Positions 51,977-62,981 of a stretch of 64,000 bases of DNA are shown piece after piece (position 1 is the stretch's first letter; each line of letters begins with the position of its first letter). This stretch comes from Microthyrium microscopicum. Lineage: Eukaryota. Below the pieces are notes generated by a model. That model ran no database searches, was not told the DNA's origin, and worked only from the letters and a program-made list of their open reading frames with translations. The DNA lies in assembly GCA_010405405.1 (NCBI GenBank), contig MU004232.1, positions 2,772,507 through 2,836,506 on the forward strand, read 5' to 3'. The position numbers were made by a program, and so were the translations under genes.

Positions 51977-52618
51977 CAGTCCATGTTGGCGAAAACGGAG
52001 CCTGTGGGTTCACGCTGCAGCTTGAGACTTGCAAACTCTATTGACTGATGACCAAGTCGTGATACCGTGATACCGTGATACGTTCCAGACTTGCCATCAT
52101 CTTGCAGCATTGCAGCGCTTCCAAATGAGCTGGGGATTGTTAATTTGTGGGGAAATGGTCTTTAAGATACCCGGCGTGCCGGTACCTACAAGTGCCACGT
52201 TCAAGTGATCAGCATATCCTACGGGGATGCTTTGGATCAACGCATGGGTACTATGTAGTATCTAAAAAAAGATTGGGATAGGTTTTATTTCTGCAAATTA
52301 TAATATGTACTAGACGGTTCAGATGGTCCACTTCACGTTCTTGCAGTCAAGAAACTTGGGTATGTACATAGTAAATAAGGTTCCTTTACGCTATTGTTCT
52401 CCGATGACGTAATGGCTACATCTCCACGCAAAATAGACGTCAGTTGTTTACTGCCCAGTACTTCACCATCAATCCTTCCTTAGCAAGCTCCAGTCTCAAT
52501 AATTTTTGGACCCAAATGCGAATTATGGATCGATAACTTGGACAACCGATACCCATCATCTTTGAAGTTCTTACATTTGTCAACATTAAGGCTGTGGGAG
52601 CGGAACTGGACTGAAATC

Positions 52619-54736
52619 ATGGACAACATCCACATCAAATTACCTGATCCAACCCGCCAGACTACGATCGACCCCATTGCAGCACGTACGCGATGGCTAT
52701 CTACACCACATGTATTTGCTGTTGTAGTGCTGGTATTCATCTCTCAATTCGAGTGGCCTCGGCGCTGGTTAATATCAGGTGCACCCATTCTGACCTACTC
52801 ACTTCTTCTCGGTGCTGCCAATGGTCAACGCTTTCTTCCCTTCATTGGCCTCTGGCCTTTCCTGTCCACCTTGAATCTGATCTACGCAGTCGCTGCGACA
52901 TCATGGCTTCTCTATTGGGTTTTCGTCGCCGGCTGCTACCCGCTCATCGCGCTGTCCGCGCTCTTCCAATTTGATCGAGTTTCGAATTTCGTGCGAAAAC
53001 AACTACGCGCAGTCTTGAAAGACTCGCACTTCATCAATGATAAAATTGCCTTATTCAACTTACCCGCACTAGAGATCGATACAGAGGTACAAGGGCTCTT
53101 TGTCATTCGTGGCGTCACAGTCTCGTTGTCCTCACTCACGATTGTTGCCCATGGAGTTGAAGTCGCCATCAAACTCATGGATGATATGGAGCTATCACTC
53201 ACAACAGACAAAGTCACTGTTTCTCTCTTTCGAAAGATTGAAATTGACGATGTATACGCGAATCTGAAGGGTGGCGAATTTGAAATGACCTTTGGAGACC
53301 TAGGGGACGGAACGGTAGTCGCTGATGAGCCTCGTCTGTTTTCTGATACCCCATCAGCACTGCTTAGAGCCGCTACTATGTCTGCCGAGAGTCTTGCGAC
53401 TCCAATGGTAGAAAAGGCAGAGCCAATATCATACAACATTCCCCGGAAGACAGTACCACCAAAGTCTACGCCCGTTAAGGAAGGGCTGGAGTCTATTGAG
53501 GCAATATCGTCTGCCTCTGCCGACGCAACGGAGGAGTACGAGGCAGCTTTGAAGCAAATAGCTTCCACCAGCTGTATCGCACAAAGCCGCGAGAAAATCA
53601 TTCAGAACCTCGAGAAATCTGAAATAGACAAGAACTTTGATCGAGAGAATGAGAAACATGTTCGTGCCGCAGTATGTGCGCGCCTCCACGATCGTGCCTC
53701 AATTCCACATCCGCCTCAAAACTCGATCTCGGTCACAGCATTTCAGAATCTCTCAAATCCTTCCGTCAAAAGATTCCTACATCGACTTCCTATGCTTCTT
53801 CGCCTCCTGCTCAGTCCGCTCAGTTACTTTCACCCTATTCAAATTACGTCCATTACTGTTGGCAGCTCTGGCAAATGGATTCAGCACTTACTTCAGGGCC
53901 ATGTATTCAAGCACTACAGTGCCACCAGTGCGGACATTCGCCGTCTAGAAACTCGCGTCAACACATATCTCAGCAAGGCAAAGTTCATATTGCAGCTTAA
54001 CCAGCTCGCCAGTATAGCTCATGTCCCTTTCTTCACTAGCTTCGACATCGAGGCGCGGTTATCTGTCGCAGATGTAAACATATCCCGCACACTACCATTG
54101 GAGACATCCATTTCTCAACCAATCCAATTGCGCGGCGCTGATGCGTCTGTCGTAATTCCGATATTCCTGCTTCCCCACCATGAGCATCTGTTTCCTGCAA
54201 TTCCAAAGAAAGAAGAAATTGGGGAGAAGAAGCAAGAGGTAGATGAAGCTGATGGCACCTTGGAGACTATCACTGCAATCGATGAGCTTGACGACTTGCG
54301 CAAAGACGTGACGAAGATTCAAATATCCGCGCGAGCGCGTCTACCTGCAGTATTGGACCAGCAATTACTTGACTTCATTGCTGCACTTGTCAAAGCCACA
54401 AAGTTTATTGAAATTGAAAAGAGTCTGGAAAATGATCCGGCCGATGTGGATGTAGACTCTGACGATTCGGAAATGTCAACCTCGTCCAGACGTGTGGCAG
54501 GCCTCAAGGATACGATGAAAGCCTTTGGCAAGACGGTCAATACGGGCATGGAGAAGACCTGGCGAAAAGGAATCGTTGGTGGCATGGCTAATGATCGCTG
54601 GATAGCCAAGTTGGTTGGGAAAGTCACGAAACTATTAGAGACGGTAAAGGGCGATGTTGGGTATTCTGGAGAGATACCAGTATCTCTGGAAGCGTATCGA
54701 CTTGCAGCGGAGGAGGAGTCAAAGCTACTCGGCTAA
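52619..54736 (+). CDS. Conserved fungal hypothetical membrane protein
   Basis: Long intronless ORF, first ATG at 52619, several N-terminal hydrophobic helices followed by a soluble domain. Confidence 0.8.
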   Translation: MDNIHIKLPDPTRQTTIDPIAARTRWLSTPHVFAVVVLVFISQFEWPRRWLISGAPILTYSLLLGAANGQRFLPFIGLWPFLSTLNLIYAVAATSWLLYWVFVAGCYPLIALSALFQFDRVSNFVRKQLRAVLKDSHFINDKIALFNLPALEIDTEVQGLFVIRGVTVSLSSLTIVAHGVEVAIKLMDDMELSLTTDKVTVSLFRKIEIDDVYANLKGGEFEMTFGDLGDGTVVADEPRLFSDTPSALLRAATMSAESLATPMVEKAEPISYNIPRKTVPPKSTPVKEGLESIEAISSASADATEEYEAALKQIASTSCIAQSREKIIQNLEKSEIDKNFDRENEKHVRAAVCARLHDRASIPHPPQNSISVTAFQNLSNPSVKRFLHRLPMLLRLLLSPLSYFHPIQITSITVGSSGKWIQHLLQGHVFKHYSATSADIRRLETRVNTYLSKAKFILQLNQLASIAHVPFFTSFDIEARLSVADVNISRTLPLETSISQPIQLRGADASVVIPIFLLPHHEHLFPAIPKKEEIGEKKQEVDEADGTLETITAIDELDDLRKDVTKIQISARARLPAVLDQQLLDFIAALVKATKFIEIEKSLENDPADVDVDSDDSEMSTSSRRVAGLKDTMKAFGKTVNTGMEKTWRKGIVGGMANDRWIAKLVGKVTKLLETVKGDVGYSGEIPVSLEAYRLAAEEESKLLG

Positions 54737-54968
54737 AGTATAAGTAGTAGGAGGCTTCTTAGTATTGTCTGATACCCACTAGATTGTATTCCTAATCGCT
54801 AATGTATATAACAAATCAGCTAAATCTCAATTTTCTGGCAGAAGGCTCTTGGTTACTGCATTGGAAAGCTCTCAGAATTCCAGATTTTTGAACTCTGATA
54901 TTGGCCTGGACTCCATTGCCTTTCATCTAATTTGACTCGTCTGTTTTGTCTTACACGTCAATGATTCA

Positions 54969-55501
54969 TTCTACATCTTGATTCCATCTGCCATCGTAAA
55001 TGGATAATTTGCATCGGCAACTACACCGCCAGATTTACTAGTCTTAACTACATCCGAACTCCAATATTTTGTATTGCTTTTAGGAATATATGGTTGCCGC
55101 CCCGACTACTTCCCATATGGCGATACCGCTGGAGTGAATGGAGACATTACTACCGAAGCCGGGTTGAGCAACCTCTCAGCTGGTCCAAAGACTGGCATTT
55201 ATAAAGTCGGTAGCAAAGAGTTGTCGTTGGCATCAGTAGCATCGCAGCCAACCCCAACATCCGCGAGTTTTGTTAGTAATCATTCAGCGAAATCTCTCAT
55301 GACAACCACGAACAAGCAGTCCTACTCACCAGTCCTACGCCATCATCTACATCCGGCAGTGAAATTTCAGCAGTACCAAGCTCAGCAAACTTAAACGCCT
55401 CCAGAAGGCCGCCACAAAGATCTGCCCTGTCATATCTTGTGTTATTACGATTATCGGGTTGGTCAATCCTATTTGAGCAGTCATGTAGCATAATGGAATA
55501 A
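54969..55501 (+). pseudogene. Possible decayed secreted Ser/Thr-rich cell-wall protein gene
   Basis: Hydrophobic leader FYILIPSAIVNG, in-frame TAA, then FASATTPPDLL...GCRPDYFPYGDTAGVNGDITTEAGLSNLSAGPKTG and a Ser/Thr tract, followed by a further stop or frameshift. Confidence 0.35.
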
Positions 55502-56078
55502 GGTATCTTGCTGCACTGGGAACGTTGAACTGTCAAACAGCAATTGGAATATTTCAATTACGGGCTTTTATGATCGGGGAAGACTGTCTGTCTAATTGTG
55601 TTGTATGAATTGCATGCCGTGTTGTCTACCTAATCTGCTGGTCCGTAGATAAATGAAGGTTTCTGCCGACAGCCGATTCTAGAACAACATCGAAACTACT
55701 ATGAAGTATCATCATTAGAACGTAAACCCACACAGTATTGCTCCCAGTTATTCATCACGGTTCAAGAGAAATAGAACCAAAGGATCCTATATTTGATTCG
55801 TAAAAGGTAAGCTATCACAACGCAGGTCTACAGTATGACTCCGCAAGCGCCTGGCACTAGATATCTCTCAAAAAGCTAGCAAAGACAGCCCTTGTGTCGA
55901 TATCGCATACTTTTACCCAAGGTGGCCTCCTCATATTTGATGATAGAAGAAACTGTTCTGTTCATGACCCAGCAACCTGAACAATTCGTGCTAAATCTAT
56001 TTCTGTTAGCGACTTGGCTTGCCACGTTGTTTAGTAGGGAACTTTACCAATCAGCGAACGAGTTACAGAATCATTGAG

Positions 56079-56456
56079 CTACATGAAGACAGAGCTCACT
56101 AGAAGACTTGAGACAACTACCAATCCTAGTATATTTCCTCTGAGTACAAGCGACGGAGTTGATCTGGACTGTGCAGGGCCGCACTCGGTCGCAATACCCC
56201 CGAGTCCCAGTATTCCTGGAGTTGATGTAATACATTGCTGGACTGCGTTGAAGTCGGCACCTTGGGTAAGGTTGCAGTAAAGAAAGCAAGGGATACCAGA
56301 TACGACACCGTACGGGACGATTTTGTGTTGACAACAAGAGCTGAGAATACTGGATATATTTACGCCAATGGTTGTAGCGCAGAACGCGTTAGAGGTTGGA
56401 GGCGTTATTATTGGCGTGTTGAGGCATATTTGCGGACTTAAGCCAGAGATATTCAT
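56079..56456 (-). CDS. Small 8-Cys protein with hydrophobic C-terminus
   Basis: ATG at 56456; 125 aa with C..C..CC..CxxxC..C..C and C-terminal ILGLVVVSSLLVSSVFM. Confidence 0.6.
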   Translation of the reverse strand: MNISGLSPQICLNTPIITPPTSNAFCATTIGVNISSILSSCCQHKIVPYGVVSGIPCFLYCNLTQGADFNAVQQCITSTPGILGLGGIATECGPAQSRSTPSLVLRGNILGLVVVSSLLVSSVFM

Positions 56457-57132
56457 CTTGAGAGTATTGTAAAGGTATTTACTTGAGTTCTTGGATAGTG
56501 TGTCGGGGGTAGTGAGTCTGGGAATGTGATATGTTGTATGTTTTGGGAAGCTCCACACTTATATTGAAAGTGCTTGAAACAAGTCAGATTTGAGGATTTT
56601 TGCAGCTCGGAGGCCGTAAGTTGCGGTGTAGTTGTTGATTTTTAGAGTATGATCTGAGGCCTGCTTTGATGCTATCGCTTGACTTGATGATTTGCGGCAC
56701 AGTTGTTGGTGGCGCTTAGCTTCGCCGCAATACCAGAAAGGCATCTCACTAGAAGGATCATGGCTTTAAACATAGTCTGAAGTGAAATGTCGATCAAGGA
56801 TAAGTCCAGTTGAATCCTGTTTGGTGCTTTCTGCCTCATATTGTAAACCAATACAAGTCACAGGCCAAGACCTCAATTGAGAACTTCCCCATACGGCAGA
56901 ATCACCTCACAGATTGCTTTAACCACGTTCCGGCTTACCAAGGTATTGGAAGCTTCACAGGCCAGTAGCTATACCAATTCACTGATTTCTGTGGTGACTG
57001 CCTGAGGATGCAGTGACATTTACTGTCTAGTCAGCAATGGGATGAAGTTGCATTCAGAAAAAGTTATGGAGCGATAATGTGATTGCCAACTTGTCAAGTC
57101 TACTTACCTACCTAAGTGCCTGAGATACATTG

Positions 57133-57142
57133 TATATATAAG
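57133..57142 (+). promoter_or_regulatory. TATA box upstream of the UbiA-family gene
   Basis: TATATATAAG about 90 bp upstream of ATG 57225. Confidence 0.45.
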
Positions 57143-57224
57143 ACCGCAGTATTGACCTCATTTCATTCCTACAAAATCCACCACAGCTTTATTGATTCTG
57201 CAAGAGATCAGGCAATACAACGAC

Positions 57225-58259
57225 ATGACCGACTCGAAGGAGAGCATTATCGCCACTCATGAGCCAGAGCAGAATGCCATCCCCAGCTTCTTTGCCGTCT
57301 ATCTCGCATTAGCTCGACGTGGTCTATACAATATCTGGCTATTCAACTTCTCCGATATGAAAACCATTGTCGTTCCTCAAACCCTGCTGGCCATCACAAA
57401 CGCCAAGTCAGGTCAATTCTTGCTACATCTTTCGACAGAAATGCATCATCCATTGCCATCGTCTCCATCATGGCTAACGGTATTGTATCGCGTGCCACCA
57501 ACTCTGGCGTGGATATATCTCAATCTTCTGGTCGAATGCGTGGCAAACCAGCGTCTACCTGGGAGTATCCAAGAAGACTCACTGAACAAACCGTGGAGAG
57601 TAATGCCTTCGAAACTTATGAGTCCTGCTAGTGCCGAAAAGCTTCTGTTCTACTTGATTCCTACGACATTGATTGTATCTTACTATATGGGGGAGATGCA
57701 ATTCAAAGCCTCTGCATCTCTCATGTCGTTTATTTGGCTCTACAACGACCTCGATGGTGCCAATTCTAGCCCAATAATGCGAAATGCCTTGAATGCTTTC
57801 GGATTGCTATCGTTCAGCATTGGCAGTACTGCTGTTGCCGTCACGACCAAGAGTGGCCATGGAGGAGGATCATTCGCGCCGACTGCTGTGACGTGGTTCA
57901 GCATACTATGGCTGGCAATATGCACTACCATTCATGCCCAGGACTTTGCAGATATCGCAGGCGACAAAGCACGTGGTCGTTGTTCAGCTCCTTTGCTGTA
58001 TGGCGACAGCATATCTCGCTGGTCTGTGGCGGTGCCTGTCATGTTCTGGACATTTGCGGCGCCAGCATACTGGGGCTTACCATGGCACCACATAGGGACC
58101 CCAGGTATTATTGCTCAGGCTTTGGTGGTCATTGTTGGAACTTGTCTTGCGGTGCTGGTTGTTGGATGGAACTCTTTGCAGATGGACACTTGGATGTGGC
58201 GAATGTGGTGCTTGTGGAGTGCAAGTCTTTTTGTGTTGCCGCTCTTTGGGTCGGATTAA
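57225..58259 (+). CDS. UbiA-superfamily membrane enzyme, probable UbiA-type terpene cyclase/prenyltransferase
   Basis: Multiple TM helices; NQRLPGSIQEDSLNKPWRVMPS, YNDL and QDFADIAGDKARGR motifs. Confidence 0.85.
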   Translation: MTDSKESIIATHEPEQNAIPSFFAVYLALARRGLYNIWLFNFSDMKTIVVPQTLLAITNAKSGQFLLHLSTEMHHPLPSSPSWLTVLYRVPPTLAWIYLNLLVECVANQRLPGSIQEDSLNKPWRVMPSKLMSPASAEKLLFYLIPTTLIVSYYMGEMQFKASASLMSFIWLYNDLDGANSSPIMRNALNAFGLLSFSIGSTAVAVTTKSGHGGGSFAPTAVTWFSILWLAICTTIHAQDFADIAGDKARGRCSAPLLYGDSISRWSVAVPVMFWTFAAPAYWGLPWHHIGTPGIIAQALVVIVGTCLAVLVVGWNSLQMDTWMWRMWCLWSASLFVLPLFGSD

Positions 58260-58900
58260 AACTCTCTATGATGCCGGAATGTAGTATTTCCAGGTTTTGT
58301 TGGGGCACTTTTCTGTGTTTTGTTCTCAGGATAGCAGGACTTGGCTGGGAAATGATGATTCCTTGGTGAACCACTGTTATGTAACTCTACAAGGTAGAAT
58401 AGAAGGTAGAAAGTTCTTTGATCCGCAATTGTGATCCTTCGCAAAGGCAGCACTTTAGCAGGCATGTCATTACTGTATTCATTGTGTTATTTTTCCGAAG
58501 TACGTATCAAGCCTTTTACATAGCACTCACATTATGGTCGGTTCGTAGAATTTAGTCAAGATCCACCAGAGCTTCTTCGAGCGATGCAAACAATATTGGG
58601 AGCAAAAGTGGGCGACACCGCGAACGAAGTCATTAAAAACGCTAAAGCCATAGAATAAGAAGCCAAATATCAAGTTTGAACACAACGATTAGTACAATTG
58701 CCATGTAAGGAATGTGAAAACAAGCAGTCAATTTTGGCACATGGGTACGCACTAGGGAAATGCCTCGCAGCACTCAGCAAGACAGGACAACCGAGCGAGT
58801 ACCATCAGCGTCAATGCAATCTAATGTCCCAGATGATTAGCGAGGAGAAATGATGAGATGAGCGTGCTTGTTTTGTTCAAAGCTCCCGCGTGAAAAGGAG

Positions 58901-60251
58901 CTCTCGGTGGACAAAATAAGTGAGCCGTTTCAGGACCGTGCACCTTCAGATCAAGATCTCAACAACAAGAATTAAATATTAATATTTTGTTATTCTACCT
59001 TTATATAATTAGACGTTATGAAGCCGTTTTTAATAATATAGAATATTCTTCTCTATTGTCTCTTACTTTAAAGTAAAGAAATACTCTTTAAACTATTTTA
59101 AACTAGACTAAATTATTATTTTTTAATAAGAATAAAAGGCTCTTCTTAAAGGACTTGTCTATATCTCTATAATACTTAAATTAGGTAAGCTTAGTAATAG
59201 TCTAACGAAATTAATTAATTTCTTTTTAATAAACTTTATTATCTTTTTAGAATAGTAAGAAGTATTATTATCTTACTAAAAGTAAAGCTTTTTTTCTTTT
59301 AATTTATCTATAAGTTATTAAAGTATATCTTTATATACTTTAGATAACATTTTACTAATATTATTAGTAGGAACTTTATAAGGAATTATATAGTAAAAGT
59401 TAAAGCTAATTACTATAAAGATATAAAGCTAAATTATTAAATTATTCTTATTCTTTCTTACTTTTAGTTAATATTAAATATTTAATAACTTAAAATATTC
59501 TCTCTTTCTTCTTTTAATTATTTTAATATATTATTTACTAATACTAAAGTAAATTTTATTAAAAAAAATAATATTTATTTAGAATTCTTTTAATTAATTT
59601 AAAGCTTTATTAACCTATTCTAAATAAGCTATTATAATATAAGAAGGAAGCTATTCTTTAAGAGTAGCTTTATAAGTTAAGAATCTCTTATTTTTATATA
59701 AATAATAACGAATTATTTTATTAGAAATCTTTTTATTAACTTTAGCTTCTTTTACTTAATTAAGCTATAGTAAAGCTTTATTTTTAAAGCTTACTTAGTT
59801 GTTTTATAAGCTAATTACTACTAATTCTTATTAATTTATAAGTTTCTTCTTCCTTCTTAGATCTAGCTTAGAATTAAACTTATTATAAGTTATTTTAGCT
59901 TCCTTTAAAGTAATAATACGCTTTATAGAAGTAAAAGAAATACTAAAAGTCTTTAAAAGGCTAGAAAGAGTAAAAAAAATACTATTATCTTTATTATAAT
60001 AAATAGTACTAAGAATTATAAAATAAATAAAAGTTTTAATATATTTAAAGTTATTATAACTAAGAATCTCTAGTAAAGAAGTTAAAAATTAAATCTTTAG
60101 CTTCTTTAAATTACGTCTACCTATTTAAATAACTTAAGTACTTAAGAATATAAGGAATTACTATAATAAAGAAGGTCCCTTAATTAAGGGGTTAAGGGCA
60201 GGCTATGGGGCACAGGCCCTGAAACGGCTCACTTATTTTGTCCACTAAGAG
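58901..60251. mobile_element. 1.35-kb TIR DNA transposon with RIP-mutated interior and 5-bp TSD (AGGAG)
   Basis: Left end CTCTCGGTGGACAAAATAAGTGAGCCGTTTCAGG. Right end reverse-complements to CTCTTAGTGGACAAAATAAGTGAGCCGTTTCAGG. AGGAG flanks both sides (58896-58900, 60252-60256). Interior is TpA-rich with no ORFs. Confidence 0.88.
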
Positions 60252-60929
60252 AGGAGATACCAAGAAACGAAGAAACGAAAGGGGCTAGGCACGGAGTCAC
60301 TTCCCGTGAGGTAGTCCAACGCCCCATAACTAGCGTATGTAAATCGATACGATAGCCGCTCAACAAGCGCGAGCGCGACCTTGCTGCGCCACCCCCGAAT
60401 ATCTTGTCGCAATTCTTCAGGCGTGGTCACTCATGACGGCATCACGCAGCTCCGTAGCAGCGGCCCGGTCGGCGGTGTGGGCAATAGAAGTATCAATACT
60501 GGTTCTCTCCCAAATAACCGCGCCCGTTTACTGAGCAGTGATGGACCTGGGGTATGAGGCCGCGCATTCGGGCTACCTTAGGGGTGCAGAGTCGACGTAA
60601 GACCACATGATGTGCGGGAGAGAATCTGGAGAGCTAGGTGGGAAGAGGCGCAAGATGACATATTCGGCGGACTTATGTGGATGAGGGATCTTGGTGGCTG
60701 GGAGGACGGGTTAGACCGTTAGGGAGTGTGGGAGTGGCCGTGGCTGGTGGATGAACGTTTTGCGAAAGTTATATTTCAGACTGGAAAACCAAGCGACAAA
60801 GGCGAAGCATTGTACCTAGATTCTGTGCGCTGGCAGGAAAAAATGGACTATGGTTCAAAAAGGCGCATTCAGCAATTTTCAGATGATGGATGGCTTGTAT
60901 GGATGGCACTTGTTCATCACCACCGCCCA

Positions 60930-62748
60930 CTAGATCTCGCCATCTTCTGCATTAGCCTCCTCCAATATCTTCTCCAGTGCGGCAATGAATTGATCAAGAA
61001 GTTCTCCAGCTTGTCTCTCGCCTTCTTCCCTCCCTTGTCGCTCTTGGTCTGCGAGGATAGCCTCATATTGAGCAATTTGCTTGTCCAGAAACTCGTGTTC
61101 GGCGAGAAGTTTGGCACGACTTGTCGCTTCCTATAGACGATCAGTAAAGTGTGACGAATGAATACATTCTCGTGGTATGGCCATGTATGCAACCACGGCA
61201 GCCATCGAAGTTGATGGGGACCGCAGCATCTTGTCAGAAATCGAAGTTGATGGAGGCCACAGCATCTTGTAAGGAACACATGCTGTGGGAGCCAGCAAAT
61301 GCGATGGCTGCGATCACGCATGCGGTGTGGTTCTCAGAAAACTTACTTCTAGCTTGGTTTCCGCAGCTTGCTTCACGTCTTCTTCTCTTGTCTTTGCTAG
61401 GACCATTTCCCTGTTCAGATTGGCTCGGTATGGCTCAGAATTGTTGATGAGTAGTTCGATGTGCCGATAAGCCCAGCCTGGCAAAGCAAAGGCGCTGGCT
61501 ACCTGCTTCCCGCCAGGATAGCCGTTCAAACCACCAAACTTTGTGTAGGAGAAAGAAATAAGCGATAACATATGCTCGGCAATGCCTGCATGCGACCCCG
61601 ATGGCAAATGGGCAAGGACTTTGAATCTCATGGCGTAGGGGCGGTAAGGTCTTGCTGCACGAGGTTAGAAATCTTCGAAGACGGTGTTTCACACACAAAA
61701 TCGGTGGGGCCCATCAGCCGCGCTCTCTTTCCGACGTCCATCGTTCCCATCGCATGCAATGATAGCCAGTAGGCTACTGGGTGAGGGGTTAGGACTTACT
61801 TTCAACAAAGACTGCTGCCTCTACTCCATTCATGATCTTGTTGCTGTTGACTTGTGTAGCATGGTCTATGGATCTCTGCGAAGCATTGTAAGTGTATCCA
61901 ATATTCGACACCACCCATGCCAAGGCTTGAGTATTCAAGGTGTTGGGCATCTTTGACGATCTAGTGTCGAAACCATCAGTCCATGACACCCAAGCCTTCT
62001 GGTCAGCGTTGGTGGTGAAGTATTTTGGTCGAGCTCGAGGGTCGTAGCTTCCTGTAGTTACAATCTTGTCTATCTCTTCCTGAATCTTCTTGACCTGCAG
62101 TTGGGAAGAAGTGTTGATTCCCGAGGGAGCTCTGGAGTATTCGGTCATGTGGTACAAAGCTCTCTCATACATGTCTCTTGTGGGAGCTTTACCTTGCTGA
62201 TTGGTGTGAGTGACGATGTAGATGCACGGGTATTTCGTCCAAGGCTCATCTGAATTGCCTGCCGTGGATTTATTGCCTGCAGAAGGCTTTCGGCCTGTAA
62301 CTTTGACGGGTGGCATTGGCGGCATTAAGAGGGGAGGTAGTTGGGCTAAATCTGCCGGGGATGCAAATGGATCACAGAGGATGAGATTTTGTATCAATCC
62401 GTGCGGCATAGAGAGAAGGATCTCGTTTATCTGGTGAACTATGTGTCGCCGTGAGGATGGCGATTGAGCTGCTGCCAAGAAGGGAGTTTGCATTGCGGTG
62501 GCCACATCGTTTGATCTAGCTGGAGGAGAAGCTCGATCAATGCTGCATTGCCTATAGTGAAGAGACCGGTCGTCAGCCTCGAGTCGACAACACACACGGT
62601 GGGTCTTGAAGCATCTGATCATTATCATAGCTTGCGATGGATGCTTACCGCCTGTCTGGAATGCGTCATACATGGCCTCCTGCTCCGGGCAAAAAAAGCG
62701 AGGAGCTGTCGTAGCGTGGGCCAAGGGCGCTGCTGCTGCGGGAGCCAT
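60930..62748 (-). CDS. Hypothetical protein with GIY-YIG-like nuclease motifs and C-terminal coiled coil; at least 3 exons
   Basis: Introns 61655-61799 (GTAAGT...TCTAAC...CAG) and 61131-61346 (GTAAGT...ACTGAT...TAG) join the pieces in frame, ending ...EDGEI* at 60930. Motifs PCIYIV, NIGYTYNASQRSIDH, IAEHML and GGLN. Confidence 0.65.
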
Positions 62749-62981
62749 AGTTGCTGCTGGTGATGCTGGCTGCGCTGGATTCAAATGATTGATGGTGTTC
62801 GTAGGTGTGTGTGATAAGGATGAAGAAGATGCGGTGGCCTCGGGATTGAAAAATTTCAATTCATAGTTCTGCTCGTCGTGATTACTGCCTAGCGCGCCTT
62901 CCCAGATACGTCCAGAGTCCTGCCTGTACTCGCACGTCGTGATGGCTGGTTGGTGTGCCTTCCCAGATAGGCAGCGACAGC

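Noticed and set aside
52058..52081. CGTGATAC x3 (and TGCCAGA x3 near 20964)
   Set aside because: Short slippage repeats without spacers; not CRISPR-like and no evidence of function.
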